Assembly: GCA_052035095.1 (NCBI GenBank) | Contig: JBPOHW010000007.1 | Coordinates: 1,705 to 65,704 of the forward strand | Length of the DNA: 64,000 bases | Direction of reading: 5' to 3' | DNA from: Candidatus Moraniibacteriota bacterium | Lineage (GTDB): Bacteria > Patescibacteriota > Minisyncoccia > Moranbacterales > UBA1568 | Part shown: piece after piece, positions 1-9,206 of the stretch | Numbering within the stretch: position 1 is the stretch's first letter | How the letters are laid out: each line of letters begins with the position of its first letter | The notes under the pieces: generated by a model | The model's input: only the letters and a program-made list of their open reading frames with translations | Database searches by the model: none | What the model was told of the DNA's origin: nothing | Program-made: the position numbers and the translations under genes

Positions 1-592
1 GCGTCACATTGGTCGCACCCCCAGTTGTGAGCGTGAGGTCATTGGACGCCGTCGTCGTAAACGATCCGCCAAATGAAATCGTCTCACCGTTTGGCACGGT
101 GAGCGTCCCCGTCGTATTCGTCACCGAAAGACCCGAGACTTTCTCGGCATTGAACGCGTACGGCACCGCGGTAAACTGAATAAGCGGCGTCATCTGACCG
201 TTACTGTTGAAGTTGACCCCGAGATAAATGTTGTCCGTATTAAAATCCACCGACCCGGGAAGACTCGTCACGCTTCCCAAATCCGTCTGGAACACCCCGT
301 CCGTCGTCGTAATACTTTTTGACTCGCGCCAAATCGCATCATTATTCGCGCCCGCCGTACAAGCGCTCGATGGATTCGCGACGGTATAAATACAAAACAA
401 AAACGTATAGCTCGCGTTCGAAACATTGGTCCCGTCGGTATTCACCACCTTTCCCTGAAAGCTGATTTTTTTGTTGATGCCGGTCGCCGCCTCCGCCTCA
501 TCCAAGGAAACAAAAAATCCCCCCGAAATTGCCACAAGCAATGATCCAAGAAGGACGAGTTGGTGTCGAATTAAATTGTTCCGGGGTTTCAT
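1..592 (-). CDS. N-terminal part of a large secreted/surface fibre-like protein (runs off window edge)
   Basis: Manually translated, absent from the ORF track: MKPRNNLIRHQLVLLGSLLVAISGGFFVSLDEAEAATGINKKISFQGKVVNTDGTNV...FTAVPYAFNAEKV. Signal peptide plus the SFQG/VPYAF N-terminal motifs of CPR giant surface proteins, then a Thr/Gly-rich stretch. Confidence 0.75.
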   Translation of the reverse strand, partial: MKPRNNLIRHQLVLLGSLLVAISGGFFVSLDEAEAATGINKKISFQGKVVNTDGTNVSNASYTFLFCIYTVANPSSACTAGANNDAIWRESKSITTTDGVFQTDLGSVTSLPGSVDFNTDNIYLGVNFNSNGQMTPLIQFTAVPYAFNAEKVSGLSVTNTTGTLTVPNGETISFGGSFTTTASNDLTLTTGGATNVT

Positions 593-596
593 AAAA

Positions 597-688
597 AGAA
601 AAGCGGGCGTCCGACCCGCTTTCGCAGTCAGACCACCCGCTTTCTCTATTTCTAAATAGAGTATACACCAAAAACACTCTCGCGTCAA
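597..688 (-). promoter_or_regulatory. sigma70 promoter plus GNRA-capped leader hairpin with U-tract
   Basis: TTGACG (688-683), 17 bp spacer, TATACT (665-660). Leader AAAGCGGGTG-GTCTGACT-GC-GAAA-GC-G-GGTCGGAC-GCCCGCTTTT lies directly before the ATG. Confidence 0.6.
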
Positions 689-703
689 ATTTTTTGCTTG
701 ACA

Positions 704-1294
704 TTACTCGCTTGACGTGTCTTTTTTCAAAAACGAAAAATTTTTCACCTCTTCAAAAAAGAAATCTTTTATTTTTTCCGGTCGGAGAACGGCGGAAGTA
801 ACGCTCACCGATGCCGCAAGGTCTCCTTCCTCAAAAAATCCCGTCACTTCGTACACGACCTCGTCTTTGATAAAAAGAATGACTCGTCGACTCCCGATCG
901 ATACCGTCTCGCGCGCGTACAACTTGGGATACAATCCGCGAAAAGCGACCGCGGAGAGTTCGGGAATCCCACCCGTCGGTCGCCGCTCGACGACAACCGC
1001 GAGCTTGCGTCCATCCACGTTGCTTTCGGAGAAAAACACTTGTTCGAGAATATTCCCGTTTCCACCTGACACTTCGTTTCGTTTCTCCTCAAACGACTCC
1101 GGAAGAGAAAGTGAAAAATACGTCCCGCGAAACTCCTTGACTTTTTTCTCGACCGGAATTTCCTCCCGAGAAATGTCCGCCTCTTTTTTCGACACCGTCC
1201 CAGCCGCCGGTCCGCGAAATAGAAAAATAAATACCGCGACAGCTATCGCGATCATGATGAAAAAGATGGAAACAAAGATTTTTTTCTTGGTCAT
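704..1294 (-). CDS. membrane-anchored hypothetical protein (possible PsbP-like fold)
   Basis: Start MTKKKIFVSIFF overlaps the upstream stop (ATGA); one N-terminal TM helix. Confidence 0.6.
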   Translation of the reverse strand: MTKKKIFVSIFFIMIAIAVAVFIFLFRGPAAGTVSKKEADISREEIPVEKKVKEFRGTYFSLSLPESFEEKRNEVSGGNGNILEQVFFSESNVDGRKLAVVVERRPTGGIPELSAVAFRGLYPKLYARETVSIGSRRVILFIKDEVVYEVTGFFEEGDLAASVSVTSAVLRPEKIKDFFFEEVKNFSFLKKDTSSE

Positions 1295-2223
1295 TTCTTT
1301 TTCAAAAATTTCTTCACGCGAAATACGCCAAAAAATATTCCGAGCGCCACGCCGGCAGTCCATATGAGGATGAGCAAAACAGGGGAAATTGTTCGTGTCG
1401 GCACGGCGACGAATTCTTCCGAGCCATCGTATCGATACTCCACCGAAATCGTGTACCGCCCCGGTAGAAAAGCACTCGCCACTTTCTTGAGAGAAACTCC
1501 GTAGGTTCGATAACTCTCGGGAAGTATTCGCCCCGACTCTTCATTGATGACACCCTTCCGCACCGCGCGCCCCCACGGATCGCGCACCGTGACAACTCCT
1601 CGCGGGACAAGGTGAATATTCCCGCTGTTTCGAAATCGAAGTGAAACTTTTTCCGGAATACCGAACGCGTCTTTCCCGATATTCTGAATATCCGCGTACT
1701 CAAGCTTCATCACTTCTCCGCCCGTTTTCTTCACAAAAAAGAGCGACGCGAAGGATGAGCGAACCGAGACAAGCGGCATATCCGATTTTTCATCAGAGGA
1801 GCTTTCCAATTGAAACGCCACCGCCCCGTAGTGTCCGCCCGGAGAGAGTGATTCCTTGTTTTCGATCGCGATCGAAACGGTTTCCGTTTCGCCGGCGGGA
1901 AGCACGATACGATCGGTTGGCAGACGAATCCACGACGCGAGCCCATAGCGGCGCTCAAAATCGCCCGTTCCGCCCAGAAACGCCACTCCGCCCGACTCAT
2001 CGAGCGTCCCAAAATCAACCGCCGAAAGAAAGAACTCCGCGTCCGTATCGGTTCGATTGGAGATTTCCACTTTTACCGCCTTCTCGGTATCGCCCGATTC
2101 AAATGTCACTTCATGAAAAAGCGGGGAAAGCGAAAAATCTTTCGTTTCCGCCGAAACAAAAAACGGCAAAAAAATGCCGATAAAAAAAGCAGAGAACGAA
2201 AAAAACTTAAAGAAACACCTCAT
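1291..2223 (-). CDS. DUF916/WxL-interacting-like Ig-fold surface protein
   Basis: Signal peptide, LASWI, PGGHYGAV, NSGNIHLVPRG and a C-terminal TM with basic tail. Confidence 0.65.
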   Translation of the reverse strand: MRCFFKFFSFSAFFIGIFLPFFVSAETKDFSLSPLFHEVTFESGDTEKAVKVEISNRTDTDAEFFLSAVDFGTLDESGGVAFLGGTGDFERRYGLASWIRLPTDRIVLPAGETETVSIAIENKESLSPGGHYGAVAFQLESSSDEKSDMPLVSVRSSFASLFFVKKTGGEVMKLEYADIQNIGKDAFGIPEKVSLRFRNSGNIHLVPRGVVTVRDPWGRAVRKGVINEESGRILPESYRTYGVSLKKVASAFLPGRYTISVEYRYDGSEEFVAVPTRTISPVLLILIWTAGVALGIFFGVFRVKKFLKKK

Positions 2224-2232
2224 AGCATGAAA

Positions 2233-2401
2233 GTAAAACTTTTGTATTCGGATAAGAGAAAGAAATTAACGGAGGGGCGAGCAAACTTACAGAAACCACA
2301 AACGAAAGATTCTTTGGGAGGTTATTTCCATCCAAAACCAACAAGCCTCACCTACCAAGCCCCGGAGCATTTCTTGAACGTTCCGAATACAAAAGTTTTA
2401 C
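2233..2401. repeat. structured repeat family A, copy 1
   Basis: Core AGAAATTAACGGAGGGGCG...CTTTGGGAGGTTATTT...CTCACCTACCAAGCCCCGGAGCATTTCTTGAACG closed by a perfect 20-bp inverted repeat (2233-2252 / 2382-2401). Confidence 0.9.
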
Positions 2402-2424
2402 GAAACTCAAAGAACATTTCCCCT

Positions 2425-3471
2425 TTACTTCTCGGAAGTTTTGTTGCGACGAAATATTCCCCTCCATATTTTGGAAACAAAAGACCAAAGACCGACACAC
2501 AGAAGAAGTGTCACGACACCGACCACGAGCAGAATCTTCCACGGAATAATCCAAAAGTCGACGATGCCCTCGATCGGCACATCGCGCTTTCCGTCATCGT
2601 AGACGAGAAGGAGCTTCGCCTGATATTTTCCAAAACGGAATTTCGACGCCTCCTTCCAATCCCATACGAGCTCTTTCACAATATTTCCCCGTTCATCTCT
2701 CACGCCCTTTCCATCCTCCATCTTCTCGCGATACGCCGGGAACCCTTCTGCCCAAGAAACGGAAAATTCTCGAAATGTATTGGGAAGAATATTTCCTTTT
2801 TCAACATTCACATCAAGAAGCGACAATTCTCTCTCACCCTCGCGTCCGACGAAAATATTGCCGCGCGGCGCGATATGCACCGTCCCGGAATTTTTCACCC
2901 GCACGGTAAACGATGCCGGCAGAAATTCATACCACTTCCTGTCCGCGCGAAACTCAATCACCGTCGCCTCGCGCTTCGCGTTCGGAACCTTTGCCTCAAG
3001 GAGCACCAAGACCGCCGTCCCACCGGTAAGACCCGTCTGCCCATCCTTGGGACGTATCGGATCGCCCGCGCGCGAAAATACCACCGCGTAGTAATAGCCA
3101 AACGACGCCGAACTCGGCACCGTAAACGTTGCCGTCACCGTTTTCCACTCGCCGGGCGCGATTGAAAATTCTTTCTCGGAAAAATTCACCCACGAAAGAA
3201 AATCGTCGCCCGATGCGGGCTCAAGAAGTTGCGGCGCGCCATTCTCGCCATAGGCGCCAAATTTCATAAGATCGATCTTGATACGCTCTTCCGCGCTCCC
3301 GTCATTCTTCACCTTGATCGGCGCCGATACGGTGGTTCCCGGTTCGGTCACAAGATTGATCGGCAAAGGCGATGTCACCAAACGAAACTCGCCCGTCTGC
3401 GCGGACGCAGTACGAGCGCCAAAAAATAAAATGTTCGCAAATATCCCGAAAAGAAAAAAGTATTGCCTCAT
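2425..3471 (-). CDS. DUF916/WxL-interacting-like Ig-fold surface protein (paralog)
   Basis: Likely start MRQYFF; FLSWV, GYYYAV, NSGTVHIAPRG, C-terminal TM. Confidence 0.65.
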   Translation of the reverse strand: MRQYFFLFGIFANILFFGARTASAQTGEFRLVTSPLPINLVTEPGTTVSAPIKVKNDGSAEERIKIDLMKFGAYGENGAPQLLEPASGDDFLSWVNFSEKEFSIAPGEWKTVTATFTVPSSASFGYYYAVVFSRAGDPIRPKDGQTGLTGGTAVLVLLEAKVPNAKREATVIEFRADRKWYEFLPASFTVRVKNSGTVHIAPRGNIFVGREGERELSLLDVNVEKGNILPNTFREFSVSWAEGFPAYREKMEDGKGVRDERGNIVKELVWDWKEASKFRFGKYQAKLLLVYDDGKRDVPIEGIVDFWIIPWKILLVVGVVTLLLCVGLWSFVSKIWRGIFRRNKTSEK

Positions 3472-3573
3472 AGAATTGACCCCAGTGTACACCTTTTTTA
3501 TTCTTTTCGAAAGAGAAAGCAAAAAAGGAGCCCTCAAGAGAGCTCCAAAAAAATCGAGTTCACACAAAAAAAC

Positions 3574-4626
3574 CTAGAACCTCCCCGCCGCAACCACGGT
3601 GAGCGTATCGGTATAATCCGTCGCCGCCGCCTGGGTCGCCACAATCTTGGCGCGCTCGATAAGCGTGAGCACATCGCCGTCCGTCGTGCCGTCCGACGCC
3701 GCAATGGGCTGAAACGTTGTCGAGAGCGTTCCACCGGACGTTGTGTTCGTTCCATTGTACTCGGCGCCCCAGTTTGATGCTTGGGTAATTGTTCCCGTCC
3801 CACCGCCATCCGTCGTCACATTCACATCAAGCACATAGCCAGTGGTCGAAGCGAGATCACTCGGTGTATTGTCAACGCTCCCCGCAGTCGCAATACTCGT
3901 CCCTGCCGAAGCCGACGCGAGTCCAGCATTTAAACTCTTCACCCATGCGACCCACCCACCGGCGGCATTGGTCGTCATCGTCGCCGTCACGCCAGTCGAA
4001 GAAGCCGTCGTCGTCGAGAGCGTCCCAATCGAATCGGCATTGGCGGAAAGCGCGAATGAGAACGTCGAAGGCACCGTCGCGGTCACCACAACCTGATCAT
4101 CACTGATCACTGAAAGCGCGTATCCGGACGAATCAATCGTCGCCGCGGCGCCCGTTCGCGTCGTCACGGTCCCGGTCTGATTGTTCCCCGCGGCGCCCGT
4201 CGTAAGCGTATTGGTCCCCGAAAAATTGAAACAATACGTCGTACCCACCACGAGATCCCCGGATGGGAAGGTTACGGTTTTCCCCGACACCCCCGTCGCC
4301 GTTGCAATACTCACCCACGCCGTCGTTCCGTTGGGAAGATTGGTCGTCGTCACCGTCCAATTGGAAGCCGTGGTATTTACGGTAAAATCCGTTCCCGCAA
4401 CCGTCGGAAAGGTAATTTGCACATCCGCTTCCGTTCCCACCGTCGCCGGACGCGCGCACACCATCCCACCCGTCGTCGTCGAATCGGAGAGTCGGTCGAG
4501 CCGAATATAGACTTCGGTAAAGTTCGCCGCCTCGGCACGATTTCCAAAAAACAAAATAGGAAGCGCCGCGACGCCAACAAGAGAAATAATTCCAATCAAA
4601 GAAAGCGTTCGAGAAAAAACACGCAT
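3574..4626 (-). CDS. secreted Thr-rich WxL/pilin-like surface protein
   Basis: Signal peptide; VTATVPSTFSFAL, TTNAAGGW and C-terminal DYTDTLTVVAAGRF. Confidence 0.65.
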   Translation of the reverse strand: MRVFSRTLSLIGIISLVGVAALPILFFGNRAEAANFTEVYIRLDRLSDSTTTGGMVCARPATVGTEADVQITFPTVAGTDFTVNTTASNWTVTTTNLPNGTTAWVSIATATGVSGKTVTFPSGDLVVGTTYCFNFSGTNTLTTGAAGNNQTGTVTTRTGAAATIDSSGYALSVISDDQVVVTATVPSTFSFALSANADSIGTLSTTTASSTGVTATMTTNAAGGWVAWVKSLNAGLASASAGTSIATAGSVDNTPSDLASTTGYVLDVNVTTDGGGTGTITQASNWGAEYNGTNTTSGGTLSTTFQPIAASDGTTDGDVLTLIERAKIVATQAAATDYTDTLTVVAAGRF

Positions 4627-4683
4627 AGAAATTTTATTTTCATTTCACAACACTTTCAGTATATCACAAAAAAGAAATCGCGT

Positions 4684-5763
4684 CTAAAAACTCGCCGAAA
4701 CGACAACTGTCAAGAGGTCGGTATAATCGCTCGCCGCGGGTGTAATGGACGAGGATTTCGCCTTGAGAAGAAACGAACCGCGCCCGCCAACGAGAGGCGC
4801 ACTCGATGAGAAAATTTCCCGAAGCGAGGTATCGATGACGCCGACATTCGCCGCTGCGCCATTATACGGCGACACAAAGGCGAGCGGACCACCCGAAAAC
4901 TGTGAAACCGATGACCCCTGCGCGCCATAGCCGCTCGTCGCAACCGCGAGATCCGCCGTCGCCGAAGGAATTGCCGATCCGGCAGACACGCTCGAAAGTC
5001 CCGCGTTCGCGCTCGATACATAGGCCTTGCCACCCGAAGTTCCATTGGTCGCAAAGTCCACCCACACTTTTTCAGGTCCATCCGTCACGGTATTCGCGAC
5101 GAGATTGCCAAACGCAACCGCAAACGGCGGATTGGTCTCCGTATCCGTTCCGGCAACATCGATATCAAAGGAAAGTGTCGGCGCGACCGTCGCCGCCGAC
5201 GCCTCCGGTCCATAGCCCGTCTCGGTAAACTTCCCCTGCATCGCCTTCACCTTCACTTTGTAGGTCGTACTCGAAAGAAGCCCGATCACAAGCTCACCAG
5301 ACGCCCCACCCCAGTTGGCAAAAGTCTGATAGTCCTCAATTCCCAAAGTCGCCCCCGCGGTATTGTCACTCTGCACGTAGAGTGTCGTCACCCAGTTGTC
5401 CGGAGAAATCGCAATCGCGAACGTCGCGTCCGACGGATTGTCGCCATCATCGAGTGTCAAAAGAAGCTTATTGTAATAGCTCGAAGGATTGGTGAAGGCT
5501 GGCGCCGGAGGGACATTCGCCTGTTGGGTAAAAATGAGTCCCGGTCCCATATCGTAATTCGTCCCGGACAACTGATCGCTATTCGGCTCTCCCGTGATCG
5601 CGTCCATCGCGTAATTCGCCGAGCTCATATTCTCCTCTCCTCCCGACCCGAAACCGTAACTCTTCAGTTGATAATTCGTACTCGCCGGGAACGCGAAGAG
5701 AAGCAGAAAACTCGTCGTCACAAAACTTTTTTGTATTTTTTTGAAAAAATTTCCAAACAACAT
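4684..5763 (-). CDS. secreted WxL/pilin-like surface protein
   Basis: Likely start MLFGNFF; STNYQL N-terminal motif, ATVAPTLSFDI, C-terminal DYTDLLTVVVSASF. Confidence 0.6.
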   Translation of the reverse strand: MLFGNFFKKIQKSFVTTSFLLLFAFPASTNYQLKSYGFGSGGEENMSSANYAMDAITGEPNSDQLSGTNYDMGPGLIFTQQANVPPAPAFTNPSSYYNKLLLTLDDGDNPSDATFAIAISPDNWVTTLYVQSDNTAGATLGIEDYQTFANWGGASGELVIGLLSSTTYKVKVKAMQGKFTETGYGPEASAATVAPTLSFDIDVAGTDTETNPPFAVAFGNLVANTVTDGPEKVWVDFATNGTSGGKAYVSSANAGLSSVSAGSAIPSATADLAVATSGYGAQGSSVSQFSGGPLAFVSPYNGAAANVGVIDTSLREIFSSSAPLVGGRGSFLLKAKSSSITPAASDYTDLLTVVVSASF

Positions 5764-5843
5764 ACATCGAGAAATCACAAAAAATTTCACCCCTGAAAAG
5801 ATTTCTGTGTTTGAATCATATCGCATTGCTTCGAGCACCTTTT

Positions 5844-5940
5844 CATGCACGCCGAGACCGCAGAAAATAATTTTTCGAAAGTTTGCTCCGATAGAGAGGA
5901 GCATGTGAGAAAAATTGTTTTCTGCGGTCGAGGCAACTCT
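5844..5940. repeat. structured repeat family B, copy 1
   Basis: ACCGCAGAAAATAATTTTTC...GTTTGCTCCG...GAGGAGCATGTGAGAAAAATTGTTTTCTGCGGTCGAGGCAAC; second copy at 53562-53660. Confidence 0.85.
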
Positions 5941-5941
5941 C

Positions 5942-6066
5942 ATAGGACTTCCTCACTTTGATGCAGTTCGAGGAAAAACCGAGCACCGGAACGAGGTGTA
6001 TGAGACATACTCCGAGTGAGGAGCGCAGGTTTTGACGAAGAAATGCGCAAAGTGAGGAAAGCCTAT
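5942..6066. repeat. rod-like hairpin family C, copy 1
   Basis: Arms ATAGGACTTCCTCACTTTG / CAAAGTGAGGAAAGCCTAT; motifs GCAGTTCGAGG, GTATG-n4-CATAC, CGAAGAAATG. Confidence 0.75.
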
Positions 6067-6202
6067 CTCAATAAAACAAAGCCATGTATATCCACACAGA
6101 AAAAAGAAATCCTTTACGCGCAACACAAATAGTATACACCAAAAAAAGAACGACCGCTGAAAAAGCGATCGTTCCACTCCGCCTCCAACATCGCGCTCGC
6201 GT

Positions 6203-6631
6203 CTATTTTTCAAGGACGCCGATCTGCAATTTTTCGAGACCCATTTCCTGTCGCGGTTGTCCGCCGTGCTTCCCGACAAACGCCTCAGTCGCGTCCTTGC
6301 CGCACATAGCGAGAATTTTGTCCGGTCCGCCCGGATGCGTTTTGATAGCCGGCGTCACATCGTATACCTGCCCGCGCACGATTGTCCAACAGCTCGCCTC
6401 GTTCCCATGTTCCGAAACCTGCGCCACCGTATACCCGGGAAAATCTTTCGAGCCTGTCGTTTCCTTCATGACCGTCCCGGCTTTTTCCAAAGAATCATTC
6501 ACTTCGGTTTTTATACCCTGTTTCACATCATCCGCCACTTCCGTCGGCGTATCCCCCTTCATAAGTCGCGTCCCGACATAGATCACCGCGACAACCACCA
6601 GCACACTCGCAATAATTTTTCCCATACGCAT
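6203..6631 (-). CDS. cytochrome b5-like heme/steroid-binding protein
   Basis: YTVAQVSEH..SCWTIVRGQVYDVT..HPGG..CGKDATEAF..H; N-terminal TM. Confidence 0.9.
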   Translation of the reverse strand: MRMGKIIASVLVVVAVIYVGTRLMKGDTPTEVADDVKQGIKTEVNDSLEKAGTVMKETTGSKDFPGYTVAQVSEHGNEASCWTIVRGQVYDVTPAIKTHPGGPDKILAMCGKDATEAFVGKHGGQPRQEMGLEKLQIGVLEK

Positions 6632-6690
6632 TTTCTTAAAAATTTATCGTTGGGTCAGTATATCCGAAATTTTCCCACAGAGCAAAAAGG

Positions 6691-6849
6691 GAGTTCATCT
6701 CAAAAATAATTTTGAAGCAATTTTGAGGATTTTTCGAGCGAGAACATTGAAAACCGAGGAGGAATAATGTCTTTATTTCGACGAGGTTTGAAATGTTCGG
6801 AGCCGAAAAATACCAAAATTGAGTCAGAAAGGATTTTTGAGATGAGCTC
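6691..6849. repeat. long bulged hairpin element abutting the ABC-F stop codon
   Basis: GAGTTCATCTCAAAAAT / ATTTTTGAGATGAGCTC outer arms with continued inner pairing (TTTTTCG/CGAAAAA, GAACATT/AATGTTC, AAACC/GGTTT). Confidence 0.7.
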
Positions 6850-8300
6850 TAGACCGTCTCCAGATCGATCACCTCGTCGATCCTGATCTGCGAGACGAAA
6901 TTGAAGTCGTGGCTTACGAGAATGAGCGTACCCGTGTAGTGATCGAGCGCCTCGGCGATGACGGGAAGGTGTCGGAAGTTGATATGATTGGTCGGCTCGT
7001 CGAGAATGAGGAGATCTGGCTCTTCAAGGAAGAGCTTGGCAAACATAAGGAGCCCCTTCTGTCCCTCGGAGAGACTCTCGACGGTGTTTTGAAGATGAGA
7101 AACCGGCACGAGAAATCGCGCGGCGGTCTTGTAGACCAACTCCTTGTTCTTTTCTTTAAGCGATGCGAAGAGCGTGTCAAAAACGGTCTGCCCAAAGTCA
7201 AGCGTCGAGAAATCCTGCCGGTAGTAACCAACCGTCACCTCGGATGTGATCGTCGCAATCTCTTCATCTCCGCGCGCGAGCGCTTCGAGGAACGTGCTCT
7301 TCCCGATCCCATTGGGACCCGAGACCAGGAGATGCGTGTTTCGCTTCAGTATCATATTGATCGGTCGCACAACTGATGTTCCCTCGCGCACAACCTTCAC
7401 GGCGTGAATTTCCACGATCGGTCCCGTCCGCCCCGATGAGGCAATATCAAATGACGGAAGCGTCTTGTCCTCTCGGCGCACCTCCGCCTTGTTTTCCTCG
7501 AGCTCATCCGCCAAGGTCCGCATCCGTTTCGCGACCCCGCGCAACTTCCCGCCCTTGTGCGCGAACACATTCGCCTGCGCGCGCTTCTCCTCAATCGTCC
7601 GCTCGCGCCGCACATTCTCGCGCTCCGCTTTCTCAATCCGCCGCGCGATTTCCTCGACCACATCATAGTAGTCGCCCGCGTACTGCTCCACCGTGTGCGT
7701 GAAAATATCGAGATACAAAACACCATTCGTAAATGCATTCAAGAAATCCGCATCGTGGGAAATGACAAGACACGTCTTCTGATAGTTGATGAGAAATTGC
7801 GTGAGGTGCTCGATACCTGTCGGATCGAGATTGTTCGTCGGCTCATCAAGAAGCAAAATATCCGGATTCTGAATGAGCGCCGAGGCTAGGAGAAGCCGCG
7901 CCTGTTGTCCGCCGGAAAACTCGCGGATCTTTTTGTCAAAGGGCGGCACCGGCAAATGCACCACCTCAAGCACATTCTGAATGAGCGCCTTCACATTCCA
8001 TTTCTTTTCCGCAAAACACTTCGCGAAAAATTCCTCCACGCTAAGATCGAGCTCCTCGCGCGACACCACCTGCCGCGCGATCGCAACCCCCGCCCCCGGC
8101 TCAATCGATATGCGTCCTTCGGTTGGCGTGAGTTCCTTTGTGATGAGCTTGAAGAGCGAGCTTTTCCCCGCGCCATTCTGTCCCATAAGCGCCGCCTTGA
8201 ATCCCGCGCGCACCGAAAAACTCACCCCGTCCAAGACAGGCTTCTTATGACTATACTCAAACGACACCCCCTCAAACCGAAGCACGATATTGTCCGCCAT
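6849..8300 (-). CDS. ABC-F family ATP-binding protein
   Basis: Two ABC domains (GQNGAGKS, FSGGQ, LLLDEPTNNLD; GPNGIGKS, LSEGQ, LILDEPTNH) and no TM segments; likely start MADNIV. Confidence 0.92.
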   Translation of the reverse strand: MADNIVLRFEGVSFEYSHKKPVLDGVSFSVRAGFKAALMGQNGAGKSSLFKLITKELTPTEGRISIEPGAGVAIARQVVSREELDLSVEEFFAKCFAEKKWNVKALIQNVLEVVHLPVPPFDKKIREFSGGQQARLLLASALIQNPDILLLDEPTNNLDPTGIEHLTQFLINYQKTCLVISHDADFLNAFTNGVLYLDIFTHTVEQYAGDYYDVVEEIARRIEKAERENVRRERTIEEKRAQANVFAHKGGKLRGVAKRMRTLADELEENKAEVRREDKTLPSFDIASSGRTGPIVEIHAVKVVREGTSVVRPINMILKRNTHLLVSGPNGIGKSTFLEALARGDEEIATITSEVTVGYYRQDFSTLDFGQTVFDTLFASLKEKNKELVYKTAARFLVPVSHLQNTVESLSEGQKGLLMFAKLFLEEPDLLILDEPTNHINFRHLPVIAEALDHYTGTLILVSHDFNFVSQIRIDEVIDLETV

Positions 8301-8448
8301 ACTCAAAAAAATACCAGAAAAAAAGACGCCCCAAAGCGTCTTACACAATGACAGAAAAAAAGAAAAAGAGCAAACAAAAAGAGAGCTGGTCAGGCTCTCA
8401 TTTTTTATGACCACCTTTTATGATCACTTCGGAACGTGTAGAAAAATC

Positions 8449-8709
8449 TTAAGAAGACCCTCCGCCCGATCCGGTAGCAGCTCCGATCATTGCTTTAGCA
8501 ACTTCAACAATTACGTTGGTCACTACTCCGACGACGACATCCCTAGCAAGGCTCGTCCCCGACGAGCTTTCTGTTTTAGAAGATGAAGTGGGAGGAGTGT
8601 CATCTGCCACAAACACTGGGGTGCCTTGATCTCTAGCCCTTTGAGCTTCAAGACATCCCCGATTCGCATCATCTCTGTCCATCTTCCGCGTATATGCTTC
8701 ACCTAACAT
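8449..8709 (-). CDS. small hypothetical protein
   Basis: SD-like AGGAGAGTA before ATG; no recognisable motif. Confidence 0.4.
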   Translation of the reverse strand: MLGEAYTRKMDRDDANRGCLEAQRARDQGTPVFVADDTPPTSSSKTESSSGTSLARDVVVGVVTNVIVEVAKAMIGAATGSGGGSS

Positions 8710-8752
8710 TATAGTACTCTCCTCACTTGATTGTTAAACAGCTAGAAAACTT

Positions 8753-9124
8753 TCAAAAAGAACAGTTCGGAACGACACCGCCAAGACGCTCGATTTCCGT
8801 CCGAAGCAAAGCTATCCTCTCCCGAATCCTCGATGATTCCTGCATAAGCTGAAAACTTATCTCACGGAGACACTGTCCCACTTGCTCGCTATCGCTGGAA
8901 GATTCTTTGAGAAACTCATTTGCAATAACGTCAGACAACGCCTCTGATACTATACTCGGTAAATGCCCGTGCTTTCGAGCCTTTTTCTCCGCCTTCATCG
9001 CGCGCTTCTCGGCTTTATAGATAAGCTTGAGCCGAGACCAAATCTCTAATTCCGCAAAAGAAACACCCTTTTCTTGCCCGCACAGGAACGCATATTCTTG
9101 CTGCAATTCTACAAGGATAGCCAC
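8753..9124 (-). CDS. hypothetical coiled-coil protein
   Basis: AAGGAGAGTA SD before GTG; helical composition. Confidence 0.5.
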   Translation of the reverse strand: MAILVELQQEYAFLCGQEKGVSFAELEIWSRLKLIYKAEKRAMKAEKKARKHGHLPSIVSEALSDVIANEFLKESSSDSEQVGQCLREISFQLMQESSRIRERIALLRTEIERLGGVVPNCSF

Positions 9125-9206
9125 GATACTCTCCTTTTCGGTTCACTTTGAACAACGCCTCGAAACCACATTCTTTATAGGGTAAATAGCAGGATTCTGT
9201 CAATAC

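Noticed and set aside
2113-3165. Plus-strand ORF reading through repeat A (LTEGRANLQKPQ..), with similar peptides at 11734 and 13617
   Set aside because: Frames are not preserved between copies; the similarity comes from the non-coding repeat.
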